Of a stretch of 64,000 bases of DNA, positions 1-12,747 are shown in pieces. This stretch comes from Macrostomum lignano (taxonomy: Eukaryota), in assembly GCA_002269645.1 (NCBI GenBank), contig NIVC01003082.1:1-64000 (forward strand), given 5' to 3'. The first letter of the stretch is position 1; each line of letters opens with the position of its first letter. Under the pieces are notes generated by a model that worked only from the letters and a program-made list of their open reading frames with translations, did not search any database and was not told where the DNA came from. A program made the position numbers and the translations under genes.

Positions 1-1316
1 TCAAACTCGCTTATTCAATAGAAATTCTTGTGAAATAATAGCTCATTGTATCACCAAGTACTTTAAAATGTTCTTCTTGGGCCAGTAGCAAAACGTTCTG
101 TATTTTAGTGAATGCACAAGAGTAGCTTACTGTAACTGTAGCCTAGCGTACATGCATTTTTGCACGCCCACGATTCAGAAATAAAGATGAAACTGTTAAA
201 CGGTTTTGCACCAGCTTTGATGAGGGCAGCGCTCATTGAGGTCTGCAGTCGCATCGTGGCAAGATCACTGCTCATCAATAAAATCAAATCGTACACTGAT
301 TCAAGCATTTATAAGCTGGTAGATACAAAAGTACAATATTTATCTTGCACAAGTAATCCAGAAAAAGCCATCGCATCGCAACTGGGTTATTATGAAGACA
401 CAAATCAAATCCATATTTTGTCAATTTTACGGTTTTTTTATGAAACAAACAAAGAAATAGCTCTCGTTGGAACACCAAAAGTTGCGAGGAGGAAGTGTTA
501 AGAGGGGATCAAATTATAGAGGGAGGGTGCTTGTAGGAGGACAGAAAGAGTACAAGAGTGCAAATGACAAATCAAAAGACGAGAAGATCGAGCAATATAT
601 GCCTATTATTTTTTTGTTACTAATAAAGTGCCTGATGGATCGCATACATCTGTACCGACTGAAGTTCAGAGAGAATCTTACAATCATTCCAAAAGGCATT
701 GACCAGCTGCCCAGTTGTGATAGCAATCGACAAAAATTACGAATTTTAATCAAGGAGAAAAGGCGCGAGAGCGATAAAGTGAATAGCAAATGAACGAGAG
801 GCAAGCAGACAGAGCTAAACAGAGAGTTATTCTCAAGCCGTACAAAAGAATTTTAGGAATTTAATCGGGTGTCTATTGCTTGTTGCATGCTTAAGTCCCC
901 AGAGAGATGTCTGGGTCTCCTAGATACAGCTATAGCTCAAAATCTCCATTGCAATTCGTGAGCATACCGGGGGTTAACGTCTGACGGTTTTTAGAGGCTC
1001 TGCGGAAACCCTTTATTGCGACAATGCTCCGCCCAAGGACCGTCTACCCATGACTCAAAGGTTGTACAGTGGTCCTTGGTGAGAAGACGTCCGACTTTCG
1101 TCCGATCTTTATCAAAAAAACAGATTTTCATTTATAGATCGAGTCACTTTCACAATCTCTTAACGACCAAAAGTTACTTTTTCAACTACTTTTTGTCTTG
1201 ATTTAAATGAGATTTGGAGTCAAAATAGATGTCAAATGTATAAATTGCACTACGAAACCGTCTTGATTGTGTGCCACCCCGTCGTGTATCACTGAGCGCT
1301 TGTCTGTAATTCATGA

Positions 1317-1964
1317 CTAGAATCCAATTTGGACCTCATCGTTCTGTTGAACCGATTGGCTCCTCCAGTGATGAAAGACGTCCTCGCAGGACAGGCACCT
1401 CGCCGGGCGAAGGCTTGTGCCGGCTACGGCCGTTGTGCTGGTGGTCGCGGATCCGGGCTCGTCTAGCAGAGTTGCCGAGCAGTTGTTTGCTTCCGGCAGG
1501 TCGCCGTTGCCGGCGGCCCTTCCGACGGTCACTGGCAGGCGCGGCAGCTGAACAACTCCGTCGGAGATCGTCCAGCCACCGCCGCCGTCGACGCCGCCTC
1601 CGCAAAGTGAATAATGACGACGCAACTCGGTAGAGCGACGCCTCAACCAGAAAGACTTGCCCAGCTTGTACAGACCCTGCACCAAGGCTTGGAGCATCTC
1701 TACCGACTCGAATAAGCCTACGATGCTCAGGCCCAGGTACAGTCCCAGCAGCCCTCCAATGTCCGACATGAGCTGGGAGAATGGGTATTCGGGACTTTCA
1801 ATCACTTTGTCGGAGTAGACGCTTCGAGCTCGAATATTGACGTCCGAGCATTCGGAGCGGAGTATGCGACTGATGTTGTGCACCGATAGCCTTTGGGTCT
1901 CGTTTGCCGCCGCTTCCCAGGTGAGGCTGGGGTCTTTGAGCTTCAGCACTTCAGCTGCGATGTC
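1317..1964 (-). CDS. DEG/ENaC channel, coding exon 2 (TM2 and C-terminal tail)
   Basis: Acceptor CCTACAG|GAC at 1965/1964, phase 0, matching exon 1. Encodes YPFSQLMSDIGGLLGLYLGLSIVGLFE (TM2 with GxS filter). Stop TAG at 1319-1317. Joined protein about 641 aa. Confidence 0.9.
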   Translation of the reverse strand, partial: DIAAEVLKLKDPSLTWEAAANETQRLSVHNISRILRSECSDVNIRARSVYSDKVIESPEYPFSQLMSDIGGLLGLYLGLSIVGLFESVEMLQALVQGLYKLGKSFWLRRRSTELRRHYSLCGGGVDGGGGWTISDGVVQLPRLPVTVGRAAGNGDLPEANNCSATLLDEPGSATTSTTAVAGTSLRPARCLSCEDVFHHWRSQSVQQNDEVQIGF

Positions 1965-3699
1965 CTGTAGGAATGATGGGAAAGATAGACGGATGACTTA
2001 AAGGTTAATGGAGTGTCGTGTGTTGAAGGAGCTCCGTGTAAAAGGTAGGTTCGTTGCGTAGTTTGCAGGGGGCTTTGAGCACTGCCGCAAATCAAGGCAG
2101 TTGATCCGCAAAGAGGCAAGCAGCTGGTTCTCAATTCGCTAACCCCTGAGCACACAGGGTGTAACAGTTGTAACAGTCGTCAAGTAGTATACCCACTGTT
2201 TCTTAAAAATTCCCTTGTGGATTTGAATCGCACAGACCAAACCCGAGTCAATTATCATGCACAGGCCCCAAATTAATATGGCCACGCACACAATAGAATC
2301 TCGGAAATTAACAATGGGAGTCATTCCAGTTAGCCAATGAGCTACTGCTGCATCCGCGTGAGAGTGATCTCTCTCAGTCGTGAATGTTGGAGCTTTGATG
2401 AAGCATTCAGTTGATTAAGCTGTTTAAAATACATTTAAACTGTTTAAAATGACACGAAGATACCCTAAGTTTTCCTACAGGAAAACGCAGAATCAGTAGA
2501 TGAAGCTTAATCATGTGCCTGTGTGTTTATGCCGGTGTAAATTCGGATTTCTAGAATTTCACTCAACACTGCTCAAGTCTAGCCCCCCCCAGGTGGAAAA
2601 TAGGAAAATCGATATGGCTGACAAAATACCATAGCCATAGCACTGAACACAGCACTGATGTTGACCCACCGAATCGCCACTGAATTAATAAGGCAAATGT
2701 GTACATGTAAGTACGAGCGTACTTATTACATACCAAAATATATGCATATGTGCGAAATCTGTCTACTAATATTGTAATAAGCCTCCAAATCAACTCGTGC
2801 CTTTTCTACTTGACAACAAGTTTATCTTATATTTTTATGAATCCATCAAGATTCATCTAAAAATGCATTTGAATTGAGGTTAAACTACATTGAAACTGTA
2901 TAAAAACGGCATTGAAACTGCTTAGCTACTAGCGACTAATACTGTTTAGCTATAGCTGACTTGCGAAATTCCTTAGCTGCATGAAAAGTACATTTTCAAT
3001 TCAGGCGTGACAACGCAGTCAGGCAATTTTGTAGTCCGCAATGACCAAGCTAAATGAGTTGGTATTGCTAAACGTTATCTGTGTTGATATCAATTGGCTC
3101 AGGTCAGTGCAAAACACCCCAGCTCTCTACTCTGTATTTGCTGTCTGACTTTCACTTCGAAGGCTACTCGCTTTTAAGCTGATGCCTGCCATAGTCACGG
3201 ACTAGATGGTGAGCTGCCTTGTATGGATATTAGAAAGAATTAACTGGATTGATTGACATTGCGACCCCCTTTTCACTCTCTCAGCCCCCCTCTCTCTCGC
3301 CAATTTCCCTCACACATCTCGAAGGTCAGTCAAACTGAATCGAGAGAGAAAAGTCACACACACACACATACACACTCTCTCTCTCTTCCCGCGCCTTCCT
3401 CTTCCCTACGTTTCGATTCTCCCATTGGGATATCTATATCTGACTATCAGCCGCAGCCGTTCCGCACCCCGCTGAGCTGACCAACCGACTTAGGAGAACG
3501 CCAGGACCATGGAGCTCTTGATTTTTATTTCATAGAAACCAACCTGGACTTGAGTTGTTGCTTTCAAGCGATGCCTGTAAAGCAATAAGACGTTGGCAAC
3601 GTCCGGCCGGCGCGTTTACAACATTCATGAACGTCGCTAGCAAATGGGTACTTTTATATTCCCCTGACTTTCGGCCAACGTATGACGTCATCATCTATG

Positions 3700-4147
3700 G
3701 AGGGACCGGGGGGACATGCCCCCCCCCGGTAAAAGCTATGGGGGACATGCCAATGCTTTGTAATCCCCACCACATCTTGTGACCCGTTGTGGTAATCAAT
3801 CATTTTTCTTTTGGGCGCCAAAATAAAGCGCCTGCGGCGCCAAAATGAGTGCCTGCGGCGCTAAAAGGAATGCCTGCGGCGCCAAAATGAGTGCCTGCGG
3901 CGCTAAAAGGAATGCCTACGGCGCCAAAATGAGTGCCTGCGGCTCTAAAAGGAATGCCTACGGCGCCAAAATGAGTGCCTGCGGCGCCAAAATGAGTGCC
4001 TGCGGCGCCAAAATGAGTACCTGCGGCGCCTAAATGAGCGCTGACAACACGATTTTTAAAAAATGAAAATGCAGAAATTTAGTCATGTACATTTACATGT
4101 TGAATTCTTGGCTTTGTCCCCTACCATGAAATCAATGCGACGCCCTG
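3700..4147 (+). mobile_element. hAT-type MITE, 5'-degraded copy with about 11 units of a 21-bp internal repeat
   Basis: Body matches the 5133 and 12748 copies (GGGGGACATG, GGTAATCAATCATTTTTC, GAATTCTTGGCTTTGTC). The right TIR is degenerate (TGCGACGCCCTG). Left TIR and TSD not found. Confidence 0.75.
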
Positions 4148-5132
4148 GGGTCAAGGACCACTGGCAGTATATTCTTATAATTCTGTTAATGGTCATTGCG
4201 TTGGGTTACGTCTGCATAGGATGCAGCAGTGTTGCATTGGATGGCGTCATCAACGTTTTAGAATCGTTACAGATCAATGCACAGTAATATCTGTTTTACA
4301 GACTTTGCACCATAAGTAGTACAAATATAAATAAAGTCAGCAATGCGTTTTATTATAATAAAGCTGGTTCAAAATATTATAGAGTCCCTGTTAAATCCAG
4401 ATAATAAATCTAAGAGCTCCTTGTTCCAGCTGAACCGGTCAAGCATCCCTTATTCGGGCTGGCTTTTCTCCTCCCGAGGGACTGTTTAAACTGGAACTTT
4501 TCTCCCCGATCCGGGCGTCGGCAGCGTCATCCTCTGGGAGGGTCGAACAGTTCCTGCGATACGCCGCCCCAATGTTCTGTTTGCCAGAACCGGTTCGGCA
4601 TTTTTCTTAGTGCGAGGCGACGATTCTTCGCGCCAAAAAGAAGATTGCTTGCATTGCCACTTGGAATTGACATAAGTCGGTCTTAAAATTTAATTTTCAG
4701 CAGCAATTTTCTGACTCTTTTGGCAAAAAGAAACTGCTAACAACTGCTGACGTTGGTTCGAGTTGAAATTCGATTGGCTTTGAATTATTAACTATGCATA
4801 TCGGAAATCAAACCTTTTGCAACCCTCCCAGGAGGGTGATCCTGGATACAATAAATTGCTGTATCAATAAATACTGGATATAGGACTCTAAATCCGCATT
4901 CTCAGCAATATCTCGCGCATGCATCAATCTTATTCACTCTCCTCAACCAGAGATTTAAGCGTAGACAGCTAAATTAGGACGCTACACTCTCTAATTCGTG
5001 CAAATTTCTCTGGGAGTCAAGTTTTTTATCCATTTTTCTATTGCTTGGTGATGTACGTTGGACGCTGATTGAGCCAAGTTTCTCTCAGCGACTTCACGCT
5101 GGATAGCAGTGACATGAATTCTCAGCTGGATT

Positions 5133-5599
5133 CAGGCGCGTCGCCACCGGGACAGGGGGGACATGTGCCACAGTAAAAGCTCTGGGGGGGGCATGCCAAT
5201 GCTTTGTCCCGGCCCACCCACCTTGTGAGTCGTTGTGGTAATCAATCATTTTTCTTTAGGGCGCCAAAATATAGCGCCTTCGGCGCAAAAATGAGTGCCT
5301 ACGGCGCTAAAATGAGTGCCTGCGGCGCTAAAATGAGTGCCTGCGGCGCTAAAATGAGTGCCTGCGGCGCCAAAATGAGTGCCTGAGGCGCGAAAAGGTA
5401 TGCCTGCGGCGCTAAAATGAGTGCATGCGGCGCCAAAAGGAGTGCCTGAGGCGCCAAAGGGAGTGCCTGCGGCGCTAAAATGAATTCCTGCGGCGCTAAA
5501 ATGAATTCCTGCGGCGCCAAACTGAGTGCCCAAATTTAGTCATGTTGAATTCTTGGCTTTGTCGCCCTCCACCATAAAAATCCATGGCGACCGCCCCTG
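5133..5599 (+). mobile_element. hAT-type MITE with about 13 units of the 21-bp repeat
   Basis: Imperfect TIRs CAGGCGCGTCGCCA ... TGGCGACCGCCCCTG. Exact 8-bp TSD GCTGGATT at 5125-5132 and 5600-5607. An 8-bp TSD with CAG-start TIRs is typical of hAT elements. Confidence 0.9.
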
Positions 5600-8500
5600 G
5601 CTGGATTGATAAATGGTGAATATTGGCGGCAGAAAGTGGAAGATCACAGTTTCTGACATCACAGGAACGTTGAGTTGGGCCCTCTTTTTCGACCAACTGA
5701 TCAATCTCCATTTGGAATCTCGAGAACTGCTCATTGTGAAATCTAACTTCTACCGAAGTGCACAAGGCCGAGCTCTTGAGAAATTAGTCCATGGCTCAAG
5801 CCGGGGTCATATTGGGACGATAGCTTTGCGTAACTTGAAGCTAGCAAAATGGGCCCAAAATCGATTAATATGACAGAAGTCAAGCGTGTGGCCATAAAGG
5901 GTCAAGTCTATGCCCAAACTTGATTGGACATCTCTGCTCAGAAATTAAGATCTGTCAGCTATTCAAATTTTGCTTGGATTCTGCTGTTGCACTTTTACAC
6001 CCACCCCATTCAGAACGTTTGTGGTCCCAACTACTTCGTTGATAAGTTGATGAGTTGATAGGCTGACTTAACAACTTATCGTCTATATGAGAAATATCCC
6101 CTCTACAGAAAGATTTACGCTACATATCGGAGATGATTCTAGTCTCCGCTTTTGAGACTGGGTGGTTCTTATTCCATACTAATGTTGTTCGCGCGTACAT
6201 AAAAATAATTAGGCAGTGACCTATTTTTTCTTTCGTTTTTCCACTCCACAGTCTCCCGTCGGTCTCTCATCTCCTTAAACTGTGTGTATGGTCAATAACT
6301 CAGCTAAGCATTGCCAAGCATTCAATCCCCTAAGCGCTAATGACATATTGATTTTCATGCAGTTTTGAAAGCGTTTCTAGCCTTAGCTTTATCGTGCAGA
6401 AAGCGGACTATTTTATAGGCTAAGATATGGGAGATGGGCAGACGTCCCTGGTTCAATGAGATAGTGTCTGAAACTCACTGAAATTGATTATCATTTTACC
6501 CGAAAGAATTGGGCTGTTTGGTAGTAATATACCAATTCAATCTCGATCAACTTTGGCAGAAGTGACTTCGATTTTTTGCTAGCCCAAAGACAAAACATTA
6601 GAAATCCGGCAAGATGTCTATGGTTAACTGCATCATTTGAAGCGTACATTCGACTTAGGCAGAAGTGACTTCGATTTTAGCGACAGATCTTCTCCTGATT
6701 GAAGACTGATCTGAAGAGGCAAGGGACTGACCCGCGCATAGTGCAGGAGCTTCAGGACAGGCAGGCTGCAGCGCAGGTCGGTGAGACATTACAACGTCGT
6801 CGCCTTACTGTTCTGACGTCTCAAGTTAAGGCAGCGTTCCATCACCCCTGAAAAATGTCAGAAGTGCCACGAGCACGTGCTGAGCTATGGACCCCGCTGT
6901 CTATTCCATGCTCTTACAGTGACATTGATCACAAATGGTTTTTGAGTGACTTCAACAGGGCCATCTGGATTACTGAAGCTGAGACAGCAAAGTTGCTTTA
7001 TCAAAAGTTTACGTTTTTAGCTTGCTTTTCTTCTCGTTGGTTTGTTGTAGTTTGCCTTTCAGATGACTGTGTTGCCCAAATTCGTTCACTTTTGCCAAAG
7101 TTGAGTATAAGCTTTAACTGATTCTGCCATAGTTAATCATAAACATTTTTTTCATAGAAAAATTTAAAACACTTTAAAAAGCAACCAAGTGTTGTTTTTA
7201 ATAGAAAGGTGAGCATTCTTATGAAAAACAAGGACCACTGTACAGTCTACTACAGTTATCTACAGTTGAAATATTTGATAGGCTATCCATACACTCTCCA
7301 ACATGTTCAATTTTTGATACCTAAACCAAGCAGTGGACAAATTTTCCCAGATCGCAGTCTCAAGTGACGCAGGGTGGTGGTGCAATTCTTGCGTCACAAG
7401 GAGGCCACAGCTTAGGCTGGTGAGGAGAGAGTGGAGGAGAGTTATGGTTTGAGTTGGATCAAAGCTGCTAATTGCTGACCACCTAAAGTTACCTACCAGA
7501 TAGCCTGTTGGGTCAGTAAACCGTACACTCGTATATTTGTTGTTTTTTTGGTTACTGAGAAATATTGAAAGTCCAAAAACACGCGTACTCTGTAGGAATC
7601 CAGAGAAAAGTAGAGAAAAGTACTCGTAAATGCTGTTAAAACTGATTTGATTGTGTTATAATACCTCCTATAGCAGCTCTATAGCTGTATACGCTTAGCG
7701 TTTGGCATTTGAACTGCGATCACTTTTTCGAATATTCTGTCGCTAGACTGCCTAGACAGACAGCCAAGGTAGACATGGGGGGAGGGGGACGCGAGAGTAT
7801 CAACACTGAACGCATAAACAAAGAAAGATTTCCAACGCTGCATACTACCAAATGTGAAAAGTCAGAAAAGTCATTCAAATATTTTCTATGACTTTATATT
7901 TTGTATTCGAATGAGGGTTGTTTTTGTTGGAAGGCGTCTTTTGAGCTTGAGCGCTCTGGTGGTTTTTTTAAAGGAATTCAAAGCCTGACGCGACAGTGAC
8001 TGTGGGCTGCTCATTTCTGCTAATAATGAATAATAAGGAATTTTGCTGAAGCAGACGTGACTTTCTGAAATTACACAAGCACATCAAGTACTCACTGCTG
8101 AATTTCAGCTTGACATTTAGCCAAGGCTTTTGCGTCTTTGCAGCTCTCAAATTGGCGTAGATGCGTGGCTCTTAATTTCAGGCCACTTTGTAATTGCGAC
8201 CAAAATTTTGGCCACGAGGCCAATTTAGGCCTGCAAGTCCGTTTAGAACAGGAGGGGTCGAAAAACCTTTTTTACCTCAAGGGCCACTTAGAGAACCTAC
8301 AGTGCATGACCGCGACCCAGAGGAGGGAGAGAGGAGTGAATAGAGTTGAGAGATAGGAGAAAGGAGAAAGGAGAGGCGCAAGGTAGGAGAGAGGAGAGAT
8401 TAGAGATGAGAAGGAGAGTAGAGGAGAGAGGAGATAAGACAGAAGGGAGCGGACACAAACCTTGAGCGGGCCAGATTGCTATTGGGAAGTTTCAAAGGAC

Positions 8501-9039
8501 CCGAGGGCTGGATAGAGAGGCTTTGCGGGTCGAATTTAGCTCATCCGATAAGACGAAATTTGGGAAGCAATATACATTTTTAAATCTGTTATTAGTTACA
8601 TTGCATACCAATAGAAGTCAACTCCGCAATCCAAAAGCCATTATTACCTCGCCAAGGTTATGTCAAAAATATTTCATCTTATCCTAAAACTTTGGTCCCT
8701 GGTTGTGCAGCATGAATTACCCATAAAGAGCGGTGCTCTGTCACTATCTGCAAGTCGACATTATTCCTGTGACCACCAGCCATCCATCCATCATTGGGCT
8801 TCTTTACTGCAAGTTTCCCGGGTACAATGTAAGTTTCCACCGATTTCTCTCTTCCCTTCAGTTATTTGGTCACCATCACGTGAAACAGCAAGGTAAAGGA
8901 ACGGTCTCCATCTTGACTGGCTCCACTGTCTTAAAAAATCTTCAAACCCGCTCACCAATTTAACCGACAGGGTGTAGAGGAACAAAATACTGCGAAATGG
9001 ACCGTTTTCTACCATTTTTAGAATCCAACAAATGCCCCT

Positions 9040-9347
9040 AATAAGAATATTGATAGCATTGATTACACCTGCCCCAATTGGGCCAGATGTGCAACCGACA
9101 GCTCAGCCGCAGCTATTGCGCGGCGCATCTGAAGGCTGCGTACGGCTGTTCAGTCCTACGACTTGGGGTCGCCACACACACCCTCAATTACCCCAGCTAA
9201 TGCTGGCATCCATTTTACAGCTGGGTGAACTGAAGCAATGTAGAGTTAAGTGTCTTTCCCAACGACACAAATAGTTCCGAGTGGATCGAGAATCGAACCC
9301 CAGACCTTTGCGCCGTGAGTCCGACGCTCTAACCACGAAGCTACCTA
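9040..9347 (-). mobile_element. tRNA-derived SINE with CORE-like central domain, near full length
   Basis: Minus strand: head GGTAGCTTCGTGGTTAGAGCG (A box) and GGTTCGATTC (B box), then TTGGGAAAGACACTTAAC...CAGTTCACCCAGCTGTAAAATGG, which resembles the MIR/CORE domain. Homologous to copies at 17119 and 34711. Confidence 0.85.
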
Positions 9348-11289
9348 GAAAAAATGTTTTAGTATACCGGAAACAATCTTATCCCCATGAAGGGAGTTAC
9401 AAATCAAAGAATACGGCTCGTAGAAATTACAAAACAGCACCACGCAAAAAAACATTGCAACTCAGCAAATACCCCCTTGAACTATGGCAACTCAGAACCT
9501 CCCCACTGAGCCCTAACAACTCAACATATTGGATTTGTTTGTATCAGCTTTGGAAATTTCCTGACAAAGCTTTGAAACAGCAATCTAGCAATCATTTCAT
9601 TGAGATTATTTTTAAAGGAAAAAACTCAACTGCAGCTGATGCCTTCGGTTAGTGAACTGCTGACTGAAAAGGAATGGATATCAATGCTAGCAATCTGATT
9701 CATTCTCAAGCAATAATGATACGTAACAGAAAGCAGTCGGTTATGAAGTAGCCAAACATTTTGTTGGCCGGAGGGCGAAAAGATGAATAGATAAAGGTAT
9801 CTGATATCCAATGCAAAATCATCATCTGCTACAACGTACTTTCAAGTTCTATTTAATGTAAAACTTCTAATTTTATCGATTCCTTTTGCGAATAGGATTC
9901 TTAGCTCTTAGCAAGAACCTAATTAGCAGATCAGCTGGTGGACTTTTTCATATTTCAGCTCCAATCCATGATACTGATACAAGCCATTGGTCCCTCCCTG
10001 CCAATTATAGGGTAGTACAGAATCTAGGAAGTACAGAATCTGTGACGTTCATCTGTCGCGTGAGCTGCGCAATCAGATTTTTGCCGGCGTGGCGTGCCTC
10101 ACCAACAGTGAGAGAAGGTGTGCAAAATAATAAAATACGGAAGTTGAAGGCGAGAAAGCCTAAAAAAGGGAAGTGAAGAAGAGACTCAGGTGCCAGGGAA
10201 GAGCATTTTGTCCAAAGCTCCCAGGACGTTACAAAAATATCACTAATTCAAAATGAGTCTCTTTGAAATTTTACAGCAGTTTTTGGATTGTTGTGTGCGA
10301 TCAACCAAATTGGCGAGCGACTGCTGGAACCGATATTGCACATTGCACAGCGTTTGTCATTTAGCAGAAAATGTTTGCGAGTTCGTGATGCCTGAGACCT
10401 GAGAGTAGCAGCTTTAGTCCAACTCCAGGCGCAAGTATCCCCCAATTGCCCTGGGCGAACGTCTATGGTCTCAGTGTAAATTTAATTTATTTGCATCGGT
10501 GCAAATAAACGGTTTATATCACTCGCCTCCTTCTTCTTCTAGTGGTCCTTGTTCTGAATCTGCAGAATATGGTATAGAAATTCTGCTATAGACCATAGAC
10601 ATCAAATCATTTTTTAAATTGTCTTAACGTTCTTAAACTTATCTATCGGAAGGAATGTCATTTATCAACCGCTAACTGCAGAGTCAGTTAGCGAAGTACC
10701 AGCGAAAGAATTCATGCCTTTTGCAGTGGTATTTGGGGTGGCTTATCTGGAATTTAATCATTAAGAATCGATAATTCTAATAAAGTTGAATGACGCAATT
10801 ATACACAGCTGCAAGATGACGGAGGGAGTATAAAGAGAGCAGTTTACACTAGCTAGCACTGCAAAAGCATAAGGGTGTACAGCGTAAATAAGACGATTAC
10901 GAGCTGACAAACACCATTAGCAAGTTCAATACGAGCGTAATAAGCCGTTGACAAGCCTCGGGTGAGTAAGTGTCTAGCACTAAGAATAAGACTCAAGATT
11001 GAGTCAGCAGTGCGTGATATTAGAGTCCACGAGAATTGCCCGCAGACGAATTGCCCGCAATGCTTTTTTCCTGCAGCGTATTTAGTCACGTGGCAGATTT
11101 TGTCTGCGTTGCCTCCCAATGCTTAGTAAGTCTTAATAAAGAGATTTAGGGGACAAAGCTACATGACATACATGAATTTATAGCTCACAGATGTATGCGT
11201 ATAGAAATGAAAACCTTTCTTTTTACTTTCTAGGCAAAGCATTGACGTCAGTTGCTAAAAATAGATCTCACGTGTTTTCTCACGTAATA

Positions 11290-11735
11290 TCTTGCTGGGC
11301 ACTGGGCCAATGGGGCTCCCTAGGCTATAACAAGTTAGCCTAGGGAGCCCCCTCACCCGTGTTTCCGTGTTGTGTTTTCAGTCTAAGTTCTATTGTACTG
11401 TCTCTCAGACCGACACTCGATCTTAAGTTTCCGCTAGTGCCCGAATCTAAAGTCTGACATTGTCTGAACTTAAACCCAGACCACCGAGTCTGCCTGAGGC
11501 TGACACCGCCCTCCCAACCACCCACTGAGCCCGACAGGATCTTATTCACCTCATCGAAGACTGAGACCCCAAGGGACTGCTGACAGCTTCTACTACCGCT
11601 ACTAAGAAGGCTTCCGAAAGAAGAGGCGCACAACGTGAGTGCCTGTACTTCCCTGGTGGCAGCGGTGGGATCTACTGAGGACCTATACCAAAACCACACC
11701 AATAAACCCGAAATACTTTAATTGTTACACTTTGC
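11290..11735 (+). mobile_element. Possible solo-LTR-like segment
   Basis: TATAA at 11326, AATAAA at 11701 and an end in ...TGTTACA. No TSD or clear TG start found. Confidence 0.25.
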
Positions 11736-12747
11736 GAACTTCGTAGGATATTACTGGTAATACCTTCAGAGCTACATAGCGTTCGCTCCCCATAAATTTA
11801 CTAACAAGCCGGCAAACTTGGAAAAGACACTGGAAGGAATCTGACTCGAACTTCATCGAAACGGACGTCAGGTTGGGTTGGATAGGGTGAGGCAAGCCGC
11901 ACAGACCAGAAGCAGTTAATCGGCGATGTGATGAGAAGGCTGCATCGTAAAAAGTTGTTCTTCTTTTTTTAACTGCAAACTAGAGTTTCACTGAGCTACA
12001 ACTTCGCTGCCGAGAGTCGTAAAACAGTTTCCAGACAGCTGGCTGTAATTAGCGACAGGGAGTTGTCAGACAGGCAAGTACCAAGAGCCGTACTAGCCAT
12101 AAAACTGTCGCCTCTGCGCCCGATCTAATTAGCAAGATAATTTTTTTTATTTTTAAACCCCTAGTGCTGTAATGAAACTTCTGTTATTGCGGAGAATTCC
12201 GGAAACGCCAGAGCACGTAGTAACAAACTTCTAAGAACTATTTTCTAATCTGTCAGTATTTTACTGAATTTTTCTAAGAACTTTAATTATTTGTCTGAAT
12301 TTGAACTGTTCTGCTGTGCTGCTAGCTGATATCTAATGGATGCTATATCCTTCCCATGTATGGCTGCTCATCTCTTACTTACACCTGAACAAGATCTGAA
12401 TGTACTACACCTAACTAACGACAAATTGGACACGTGAAAATTCTCTAAATGTATGCGTGACTAATTTTTGAAAGTTGAAGACAGGGGCTGCATGTGTGCC
12501 TTGGGGGTTGGCCTTTAAGATTGTTAATTGCACGAGCAGAGCCAAGCTGAAACGTAAGAACACCACGCTGGACTACTGGCCTACGCCTCCCCCCCCGCCT
12601 GCACACCTGACTATTTTTTTTAAATGTACGCCTGACTTATTTCTGAATTCACCCCTCACTGATTTCTAAATGTACACCCGACAAAGAAATAACTGCACTG
12701 TACGAGTATCATTGTACACCTGAACAACGCCGAGACAGGGTCTGATC

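Noticed and set aside
105-804. Several 64-113-aa ORFs at the window start
   Set aside because: No recognisable domain, no consistent splice structure, and overlapping ORFs on both strands.
9260-9347. tRNA gene calls at the SINE heads (also near 17125-17200)
   Set aside because: A/B boxes are present but no complete cloverleaf, and each continues into the shared SINE body and tail.
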